Source of the DNA: Minisyncoccota bacterium
GTDB taxonomy: Bacteria; Patescibacteriota; Minisyncoccia; Phycocordibacterales; JAGLOS01
DNA length: 55,864 nucleotides
Reading direction: 5' to 3'
Assembly: GCA_023137615.1 (NCBI GenBank)
Contig: JAGLOS010000002.1
Location: 1 to 55,864, forward strand
Positions 7,675 through 14,142 of this stretch are shown piece after piece (position 1 is the first letter of the stretch; each line of letters opens with the position of its first letter). The translations under genes were made by a program, and so were the position numbers. The notes beneath the pieces are model-generated. The model saw only the letters and a program-made list of their open reading frames with translations, had not been told where the DNA came from and did not search any database.

Positions 7675-7756
7675 TGCCGGGGAGAGGACTTGAACCTCCA
7701 CGGATTGCTCCACTTGCTCCTAAGGCAAGCGCGTCTACCAATTTCGCCACCCCGGC
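7675..7756 (-). tRNA. tRNA-Leu(TAG): tRNA-Leu (anticodon TAG), type II with long variable arm
   Basis: The reverse complement folds as GCCGGGG/CCCCGGC acceptor, anticodon arm CTTGC-CTTAGGA-GCAAG and T-arm GGAGG-TTCAAGT-CCTCT. No CCA is encoded. Confidence 0.9.
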
Positions 7757-7835
7757 ATTTATGGGTGTTCGTATATTCTATACTATTTGGATATTTTTTT
7801 CTAGTAATATTTCGGATGAAAGTTTAACCACCATT

Positions 7836-8009
7836 TTTTGTCATTTCGAAACAAAGCATTTAGCGTAGGGAGAAATCGCTTAAATATGGAAGTATGACAA
7901 CGTATAAGGGATTCACGACTCGGGTTGACACCCTCGCTGCACTGCGATTTGTATTCAATCGCTACGCTCTTGAACAAATCGGGAGCCTCCTAAAGTCGAA
8001 ATGACAAAA
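7836..8009. repeat. Hairpin family B element (TTTTGTCATYTCGA... terminal inverted repeats)
   Basis: TTTTGTCATTTCGAA (7836-7850) is inverted at 7995-8009 (GTCGAAATGACAAAA). Related ends occur at 8020-8034, 30037-30079, 42205-42285 and 52494-52584. Confidence 0.6.
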
Positions 8010-8037
8010 CGAACGTCACTTTGTCATCTCGACGTCA

Positions 8038-8400
8038 GGACTTGTCCCACGATTACTAAGTATCGCTGGACCTGCCTGTCGGTAGGCGCGGCTCGGCGAC
8101 AGGTACTCGCTTCGCTCGTTCAAATCTATTGTCGTCACAAGTCACTAAGCATATTTTTCGTTCTCGCAAGGCGGGCTCAAAGATAAACACAGGACTTGTC
8201 CCACGATTACTAAGTATATTTCTTCACAAAGCTCCTTCAAATTTCTTGTCGTCACAAGTCACTAAGTATATTTTTCGTTCTCGCAAGGCGGGCTCAAAGA
8301 TAAACACAGGACTTGTCCCACGATTACTAAGTATATTTCTTCGCAAAGCTCCTTCAAATTTCTTGTCGTCACAAGTCACTAAGTATATTTTTCGTGCTTC
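8038..8400 (-). repeat. Tandem repeat, 117-bp period (about 3 units, the first a 154-bp variant), downstream of tRNA-Lys
   Basis: Units start GGACTTGTCCCACGATTACTAAGT at 8038, 8192 and 8309. Units 2 and 3 are nearly identical. The 39-aa periodicity in ORF 8129-8578 is an artefact of this repeat. Confidence 0.85.
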
Positions 8401-8517
8401 GCACTCAAATCTACTAAGTGCTCGCGACCCCGGCTCACCTATTTTTCTTCCATTTCATTACAGAAAAATTATGGTTCCGCCTCGGACAAGCGTCGCAAGC
8501 AAAGCAGTTTGCTTGCT

Positions 8518-8552
8518 AAAACAAAAGCACCCTAAACGGGTGCTTTTGTTTT
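8518..8552 (-). terminator. Hairpin/terminator downstream of tRNA-Lys
   Basis: 15-bp stem AAAACAAAAGCACCC / GGGTGCTTTTGTTTT with loop TAAAC. A- and T-runs make it usable in both directions. Confidence 0.75.
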
Positions 8553-8559
8553 GCGCTTG

Positions 8560-8632
8560 TCCGCCCAGTAGGACTTGAACCTACGACCGTTCGCTTAAGA
8601 GGCGACTGCTCTACCAACTGAGCTATGGGCGG
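8560..8632 (-). tRNA. tRNA-Lys(CTT): tRNA-Lys (anticodon CTT)
   Basis: The reverse complement has D-arm GCTC-AGTTGGTA-GAGC, anticodon loop CTCTTAA and T-arm GTAGG-TTCAAGT-CCTAC. The acceptor is CCGCCCA/TGGGCGG, an unusual C1:G72 pair. Confidence 0.85.
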
Positions 8633-8763
8633 TAATAAAAAAATCAGTAATTTACTGACTCTCAATAAAAGCATTATACTAAAAAAAATAGAAAAATCCA
8701 GACCAATTTGAACTTTTATTCCAAATTATTTACAACAGGAGCTTTACAATTTGTCTCTTGTTC

Positions 8764-9028
8764 GAAAGCAAAGCAGTTTGCTTTCTCCTCGGGCACAAAT
8801 TACTAAGTATTATTCGGAGCAAAGCTCCTCAAATACTAAGTACCCCCTTCCTTACAGGAACTGTACACCTTTTGGATATTTTATACATTCGCTGCTCTCA
8901 TTTTAAAATATCTCAAAAGGTTTTACAAAGCTCCAAGTGTTCGCTTCTCACCCCGCCTCGCAGCCCCACCTTCCGCTTCGCTACAGGTAGGGACCCGCTG
9001 CTCCGGCTTTCGACCCCCGCTCCGTGCT
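8764..9028 (+). repeat. tRNA-flank structured repeat (family copy B) converging on tRNA-Leu(TAA)
   Basis: It holds a mini-hairpin GAAAGCAAAGCAGTTTGCTTTC (8764-8785) and hairpins at 8848-8860 and 8867-8921. The conserved block GCTCCAAGTGTTCGCTTCTCACC follows. It ends with TTCGACCCCCGC (9009-9020), an inverted copy of the tRNA T-arm. Confidence 0.75.
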
Positions 9029-9076
9029 ACAAAACAATAAATATGACATACTATCGCATGTCATATTTTCGTTTTG
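9029..9076. terminator. Hairpin between the repeat module and tRNA-Leu(TAA)
   Basis: Outer stem ACAAAAC / GTTTTGT, whose distal T at 9077 is the tRNA discriminator position, and inner stem AATATGACAT (9040-9049) / ATGTCATATT (9058-9067). Confidence 0.65.
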
Positions 9077-9158
9077 TGCCCGAGGCGGGGGTCGAACCCG
9101 CATCCCGTTAGGGACACGATTTTAAGTCGTGCGCGTATACCAATTCCGCCACTCGGGC
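9077..9158 (-). tRNA. tRNA-Leu(TAA): tRNA-Leu (anticodon TAA), type II
   Basis: The reverse complement is GCCCGAG...CTCGGGC+A, with anticodon arm CACGA-CTTAAAA-TCGTG and T-arm GCGGG-TTCGACC-CCCGC. Confidence 0.9.
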
Positions 9159-9162
9159 AAGT

Positions 9163-9399
9163 CTACAATGATTTTAAGAACTCTCTGCCAAAACCCCTTT
9201 TTAAATATTTTTCTCTTTTTCTCGCACTATTTCTTGTTTTACATTCTTCGGAATATATAAGCGTAAATGGAGAATAATATTTTGTCTTCCTCACATATCC
9301 TAAATTATGTTCATTAAAGCGTCTTTCAACACAATTTGTCAAACCAACATAGATGTAATTTTTTTCATTACTTCTTGTCGCGTAAACATAATGAATCAT
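9163..9399 (-). CDS. Small GIY-YIG nuclease-superfamily protein (UPF0213-like)
   Basis: 78 aa: YVYATRSNEKNYIYVGLTNCVERRFNEHN carries the GIY...YIG...R...E/N signature. It sits between two tRNA genes. Confidence 0.75.
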   Translation of the reverse strand: MIHYVYATRSNEKNYIYVGLTNCVERRFNEHNLGYVRKTKYYSPFTLIYSEECKTRNSARKREKYLKRGFGREFLKSL

Positions 9400-9435
9400 T
9401 TTTATTATATGTTAATTATTTGATTCTGCCCTTTG

Positions 9436-9507
9436 AGGCCTAGACCGGAATCGAACCGGTGCATGTCGGTTTTGCAGACCGAAGCGTTACCACTTCGCCA
9501 CTAGGCC
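9436..9507 (-). tRNA. tRNA-Cys(GCA): tRNA-Cys (anticodon GCA)
   Basis: The reverse complement is GGCCTAG...CTAGGCC+T, with anticodon loop CTGCAAA and T-arm ACCGG-TTCGATT-CCGGT. Flanks 9422-9435 and 9509-9522 are perfectly complementary. Confidence 0.9.
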
Positions 9508-9552
9508 TCAAAGGGCAGAATCGGAGTTGTTCAATTGTTAGTGTACATCATA

Positions 9553-9617
9553 CATGTCGGTTTTGCACCTGCCTGCCGGCAGGCAGGGACCGAAGCGTTA
9601 CCACTTCGCCGCAAGGC
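9553..9617 (-). pseudogene. Pseudo-tRNA-Cys (5' two-thirds only) with a 20-nt perfect palindrome in the anticodon loop
   Basis: It matches the real tRNA-Cys from the acceptor 5' strand through the anticodon stem 3' strand. CCTGCCTGCCGGCAGGCAGG (9568-9587) is inserted after position 32. There is no T-arm and no acceptor 3' strand. Confidence 0.75.
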
Positions 9618-9641
9618 TAAAAAGATACGATAAGTTATATT

Positions 9642-9968
9642 CTAAGAGTTATTCAAGAGCTCGTCAATTTTTTGTCTGTTCTTTTCGCCTTTGTCGATCT
9701 CGATCTCAAAAAAAGGTATTCGTTTTAGTTTGATATTTTTTTTGACGAAATTGCGCAGGTCGGTGCGTTTGCGTTTTGCGAATTCGAGAGCGTTTAGTTC
9801 TTTATCTTCAGGAAGTACCGTGATATAGATCGTTGCTCTTTTGAGATCGGGAGAAATAGAACAGTTTGTTACTGTGATGAGGGAAGTCCTGTTGGATTCT
9901 TTTTCAAGAAACAATGCCGTGTATTGCCGCAGTTGTTCCGCCACCTTTTCCTGTCGTAGATTAGCCAT
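9642..9968 (-). CDS. rbfA: Ribosome-binding factor A
   Basis: 108 aa: RQEKVAEQLRQ...LITVTNCSISPDLKRATIYITVL is typical RbfA, and it lies directly downstream of infB as in many bacteria. Confidence 0.85.
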   Translation of the reverse strand: MANLRQEKVAEQLRQYTALFLEKESNRTSLITVTNCSISPDLKRATIYITVLPEDKELNALEFAKRKRTDLRNFVKKNIKLKRIPFFEIEIDKGEKNRQKIDELLNNS

Positions 9969-10015
9969 GTATTACATTAGTTAGATCAGTTACTTTGGTA
10001 TGAGTTTTAGTCATC

Positions 10016-11527
10016 TTATTTAGTTACCATTGTATATGGCTCGAGAACATCACCTTCGGCAATATTGATCTTCGATTCTATTTGCGCGCCAAATTCGGTA
10101 TCTTCTTTCACTTCGGAAATTTTTACTTTTTGTGATTGTAGTTCAAGTATTTTTCCTTCTCCGATAAGATTTTCTCGCCGAATTATTCTTACGGAAACAC
10201 CTGTTTCGATCTTTCCTTCAAGCACTTTTCCACCCAAGACTTGGATGTTTCTTTGCTGACTGAATATTCTGATGACCTTTACTTTACCGGTAGTCTCTTC
10301 CACTTGTACTTTGGGAGTTCGTTTTTTTGCTTCTTCTTCAAGCCACTCTGCCATTTTGTAGATTATGTTAAACGTTTCGATGGTTATGTCACCTTGTTCT
10401 GCTGCAGAGCGAGCTTGTGAATCAGTATTTACATTAAATCCGATTATGATGGCGTCTTTTGTCCCAGAAGCCATTTTTATGTCTTTTTCGGTTATTGCTC
10501 CGACACCGGTTTGAATGACCTTCAACAGAGTTCTTTCAAGTTGGATCTTTTCTATTTCATGTTTAACCGCATCAAGTGTGCCCGCAACATCAGCTTTGAG
10601 TATGAGTGGTATACAGAAAAGTTCTTTGTTATTTGTAGCGATGTCTATTTCAAAAGCTTTTTTTTCTGCCGGCTTAAAGGCGGTAGCGCATAATTCAGCA
10701 TCTTTTTTCTTTGAAAAAGAAACAAAAGAAGATCCGACACTTGGAATCTTGTTCCACCCAATAATAGTTACAGGGGAAGAGAATTGAGCTTCGTTGATTG
10801 TCTTGCCTAAAAAATTTTCGAAGATCCTCACAGGAGCAACAGCGTCTTCAGCCACCACATACATTCCGCGTTCAAGCTTCCCGTTTGTAATGATCAGTGT
10901 TGCTGAAATACCTTTTTGTGGATCTACTTTTGATTCGATCACTATACCCTCGGCCCTTTTGCCGGTTTCTCCTTTGAGCTCAGCCATCTCTGCTACAAGT
11001 AGCATCATGTCAAGTATCTCAGGAATACCCTTGCCGGTTTTTGCTGAAATAGGTTGTACCGGTATATCTCCACCATACCCCTCAATGTATATCTCATTTT
11101 CCGAAAGCGAATTTTTTGTTTTCTCTATGTCAGCGCCCGGTTTGTCGATCTTGTTTATAGCAATGATATATGGAATGTCAGCGTCTTTGATCGCCCGAAG
11201 TGCTTCGAGTGTTTGTGTCTTTACTCCATCTTCCGCAGAAACAACAAGAATGGCAATATCTGCGACAACAGCACCGCGTGAGCGCATATCAGAAAACGCC
11301 TCATGCCCGGGAGTGTCGAGGAATGTGATCTTTTTTATATCGCCTTCTTTTGTTGTGTGTTCCACCTCATATGCGGAAGTGTGTTGTGTGATGCCACCGG
11401 CTTCACCTTCAACCACATTACTCTTACGGATGTAATCGAGAAGGGCGGATTTGCCATGGTCGATATGTCCCATAATGACAATAATAGGAGGACGCTCAAC
11501 AGTTGTGTTGTCTTGTGTATTTGTCAT
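10016..11527 (-). CDS. infB: Translation initiation factor IF-2 (short N-terminus)
   Basis: 503 aa with G-domain motifs GHIDHGKS, DTPGH and NKID, followed by the IF-2 C-terminal domains. Confidence 0.95.
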   Translation of the reverse strand: MTNTQDNTTVERPPIIVIMGHIDHGKSALLDYIRKSNVVEGEAGGITQHTSAYEVEHTTKEGDIKKITFLDTPGHEAFSDMRSRGAVVADIAILVVSAEDGVKTQTLEALRAIKDADIPYIIAINKIDKPGADIEKTKNSLSENEIYIEGYGGDIPVQPISAKTGKGIPEILDMMLLVAEMAELKGETGKRAEGIVIESKVDPQKGISATLIITNGKLERGMYVVAEDAVAPVRIFENFLGKTINEAQFSSPVTIIGWNKIPSVGSSFVSFSKKKDAELCATAFKPAEKKAFEIDIATNNKELFCIPLILKADVAGTLDAVKHEIEKIQLERTLLKVIQTGVGAITEKDIKMASGTKDAIIIGFNVNTDSQARSAAEQGDITIETFNIIYKMAEWLEEEAKKRTPKVQVEETTGKVKVIRIFSQQRNIQVLGGKVLEGKIETGVSVRIIRRENLIGEGKILELQSQKVKISEVKEDTEFGAQIESKINIAEGDVLEPYTMVTK

Positions 11528-11552
11528 ATTCGTTTTTATTGATCTTTAATCC

Positions 11553-12029
11553 CTATAAGATGTGCGACTCTGCCTTTTCTAGAGCTTTTTTCTCTTCCTC
11601 AGATAGTTCAAATTCAGAAGTACCACTTTGTACCGGTTTTGCAAATGCGCTAAATCGATCTCGTCCATAAAGACTGGATATGATAACGCCATTTTTCTCT
11701 TCATCAAGAAGAGCGATCGCGAAGCTCTGGTTGCCACCGGAGCCGGTTCCCTTAAAAGCATTGAAACGAACAGTCCCAAGCCCGCGAATGCTTTTTTGAA
11801 TGCGTGCGTCCAATTTGTCTATTTCCTTAGCAATCTCTTGATTGATGACTATCTGACGCTCAACATTATCTTTGACGAGCACAAAACTATCTTCAAGGGA
11901 TTTTGCATCTTTACCTTTCAAAAAGTTTTTTAACTTGATCTCCAGTCGGATGATCCAAATTGTAAGGACAAGAACAAGCCCGACAAGAGCGTATAAAAGA
12001 ACATCCATGCTTATCATTGGAGTTTCCAT
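11553..12029 (-). CDS. DUF4446-family membrane-anchored protein
   Basis: 158 aa with an N-terminal TM helix, then RFNAFKGTGSGGNQSFAIALLDEEKNGVIISSLYGRD. From memory this is characteristic of DUF4446. Confidence 0.7.
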   Translation of the reverse strand: METPMISMDVLLYALVGLVLVLTIWIIRLEIKLKNFLKGKDAKSLEDSFVLVKDNVERQIVINQEIAKEIDKLDARIQKSIRGLGTVRFNAFKGTGSGGNQSFAIALLDEEKNGVIISSLYGRDRFSAFAKPVQSGTSEFELSEEEKKALEKAESHIL

Positions 12030-12129
12030 AGTTAGTTACTATACAACATTTGGACCTGTTTGGAAAGGTGTTTATACACGATTGTTGCATATATGACAAT
12101 TCGATAGTATCGTAAAGAAACATACATAT

Positions 12130-13305
12130 ATGAAGAGAATATATTTAGATAATGCGGCAGCTACTCCTCTTGATAAACACGTTTTTGATGGAATGAGACC
12201 TTTTTTGAAAGATTTGTTTGGAAATCCAAGCACTCTTTATGAAGAAGGTGTTGTAACAAAACATGCTGTCGAAAAAGCGCGTGAGAGTATTGCTGATATA
12301 ATGGTGGCGCACAAAGATGAGATCTGTTTTACCGGGAGCGGTACGGAATCAGACAATCTTGCTGTACAGGGCGTTGTAAGAGCATCGTTGGGTGTATATT
12401 CTAAACCACATGTAATAACAAGCTCCATTGAACACCCCGCCGTACTTGAGACGGTTAAAATACTTGAAAAAAAAGGTGTTATCGAGGCGACATATATTGG
12501 AGTAAATGAAAAAGGTCTTGTTGATTCGAAAGAAGTCAAAGAAGCTCTAAAAGGAAATACCGTACTAGTGTCTGTTATGTATGCAAATAGTGAGGTCGGA
12601 ACGGTACAGCCGGTGCGTGAGATCGTAAAAATGGTACGTGAAGTACGTGATTCGCGTAATGTAGGGTATCCGTATGTACACACAGATGCGTGTCAGGCAG
12701 TGAATTATCTTAGAATGTCTGTAGAAAAACTAGGTGTGGATCTTATGACATTCAACGGTTCAAAAATATATGGTCCAAAAGGGATCGGGATGTTGTATAT
12801 ACGGCGTGGTGTGAATATTGAGCCGATTGTATTTGGTGGCGGGCAAGAGAGTGGTTTGCGTAGTGGTACGGAAAATGTTGCTGGAATCATTGGAATATCA
12901 AAAGCATTGGAAATCACAGAAAGTATTAAAGAAAAAGAATCGCAACGGCTTGTAACTCTCCGTGACTATTTTATGCAACAATTAGAAGAGATTTCTTTGG
13001 GCATTGTGATAAACGGGGATAGACAGAAGAGATTACCCAACAATGTACACATTACTGTTCCGGACATTGAGGATGATGTGTTAGTTGTAGAACTTGATGC
13101 AAAAGGGATTGCATGCTCATCAAAAAGTGCGTGTAAAACCAAAGCAGAAGGCGCTTCTCATGTTGTGTTGGCAATGAGGGGGGAAGTGAAAGGAAGTCAC
13201 CTCAGATTTTCTCTTGGAAGAGATACGACAAAAAAAGATATTAATTATACAGTTAATGCTTTGCGTGGTATTCTAAAGAAATATAAAGACATCAATTTTC
13301 AATAA
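12130..13305 (+). CDS. Cysteine desulfurase (NifS/IscS-like class V aminotransferase)
   Basis: 391 aa: IYLDNAATTP-like start, HPAV, TDACQA, and the PLP-lysine context FNGSKIYGPKGIG. Confidence 0.9.
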   Translation: MKRIYLDNAAATPLDKHVFDGMRPFLKDLFGNPSTLYEEGVVTKHAVEKARESIADIMVAHKDEICFTGSGTESDNLAVQGVVRASLGVYSKPHVITSSIEHPAVLETVKILEKKGVIEATYIGVNEKGLVDSKEVKEALKGNTVLVSVMYANSEVGTVQPVREIVKMVREVRDSRNVGYPYVHTDACQAVNYLRMSVEKLGVDLMTFNGSKIYGPKGIGMLYIRRGVNIEPIVFGGGQESGLRSGTENVAGIIGISKALEITESIKEKESQRLVTLRDYFMQQLEEISLGIVINGDRQKRLPNNVHITVPDIEDDVLVVELDAKGIACSSKSACKTKAEGASHVVLAMRGEVKGSHLRFSLGRDTTKKDINYTVNALRGILKKYKDINFQ

Positions 13306-13342
13306 CTTTATACTTTATTACTTTTAACTTTCTACTACATTT

Positions 13343-13921
13343 ATGTACAAAGCAAAAAAATATGACGATCTTCTGGGCTTGGATGGTTTTAGTAACGGAC
13401 TTTTAAAGGATCACTTTACCCTTTATGAAGGATATGTGGCAAATACAAACAAGATAGCGGATATACTTGCGGACAAAATGAAAAGTGGCGGTGTGGGTAC
13501 TTCTGAATATTCCGAACTCAAAAGACGGTTTGGGTGGGAATTTAACGGAATGCGATTACATGAATACTACTTTGATAATCTTACGAAAAGTGCGACACCC
13601 CTTGACCCGCAGTCAAAATTAGCAAAGAAGATAATCGAGTCTTTTGATTCTCTGGAGCAGTTTGAGCAGGATCTCAAATCAACCGGCGCGATGCGTGGTA
13701 TCGGGTGGGTTGTATTGGCGTATGACAAAGATGCTGGTAAGTTGTTTAACACATGGATCAGTGAACATGACGGCGGACATCTAGCCGGTGCAACACCTCT
13801 TTTGGTTATGGATGTTTTTGAACATGCTTTTATTGCAGATTATGGTTTGAAGAGAGTTGAGTATATCGAAAATTTTTGGAATGCGATCGCTTGGAGGAAG
13901 GTGGAAGCACGATTAAAATAA
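13343..13921 (+). CDS. Fe/Mn-family superoxide dismutase (divergent)
   Basis: 192 aa. The C-terminal motif MDVFEHAFIADYG corresponds to the SOD DVWEHAYY metal-ligand motif. The N-terminal helical hairpin is present but divergent. Confidence 0.75.
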   Translation: MYKAKKYDDLLGLDGFSNGLLKDHFTLYEGYVANTNKIADILADKMKSGGVGTSEYSELKRRFGWEFNGMRLHEYYFDNLTKSATPLDPQSKLAKKIIESFDSLEQFEQDLKSTGAMRGIGWVVLAYDKDAGKLFNTWISEHDGGHLAGATPLLVMDVFEHAFIADYGLKRVEYIENFWNAIAWRKVEARLK

Positions 13922-14045
13922 GATATTTCTAAAATATCTTACTAAGACGTATTTAGTCCGATAGGTATAAGTACGTCTTAGTTGAATATTTTAAAATTTT
14001 ACAAACAAAAAAGAAAAAAAAGATTAAAATCTTTTTGGAAAATTA

Positions 14046-14075
14046 AAAACCCCGTAACGTAAGTTACGGGGTTTT
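14046..14075 (+). terminator. Rho-independent terminator
   Basis: 13-bp stem AAAACCCCGTAAC / GTTACGGGGTTTT with loop GTAA. Confidence 0.8.
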
Positions 14076-14142
14076 AGTATGTAACGAGAACATGTTGATT
14101 ACTCATTACCACATATATGGATAAATGTAGTATCATTAAGAA

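Noticed and set aside
8038-8400. Could the 117-bp periodic array be a CRISPR array?
   Set aside because: The whole unit repeats, so there are no unique spacers between short conserved repeats. The period is far larger than repeat plus spacer. No cas genes or leader are present.
8560-8632. Treating the C1:G72 start of tRNA-Lys as evidence of a mis-called or pseudo tRNA.
   Set aside because: All four arms, the conserved T8, the GG in the D-loop, the TTC in the T-loop and the anticodon loop geometry are intact. An unusual first pair alone is not enough to reject it.
7276-9111. Long plus-strand ORFs over the tRNA island (7276-7827, 7440-7640, 7674-7868, 8001-8186, 8129-8578, 8758-9111, 9074-9277).
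   Set aside because: They run through tRNA genes, hairpins and the 117-bp tandem repeat. The periodic 39-aa 'protein repeat' is just the DNA repeat. Differences between repeat copies are compensatory in stems rather than synonymous in codons. No start context or terminator logic supports them.
9553-9617. An intron-containing functional tRNA-Cys, with the 20-nt insert in the anticodon loop read as an intron.
   Set aside because: No T-arm or complementary acceptor 3' strand follows the anticodon stem. The insert sits after position 32, not at a canonical intron site. An intact tRNA-Cys lies 45 nt away.
10065-11542. Multiple plus-strand ORFs antisense to infB, and likewise antisense ORFs inside clpB (16336-17232), typA (28410-29147), the helicase (38633-39304), mltG (49218-49781) and others.
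   Set aside because: These are shadow ORFs opposite strongly supported genes. They have low-complexity S/T/P/F-rich translations and no independent signals.
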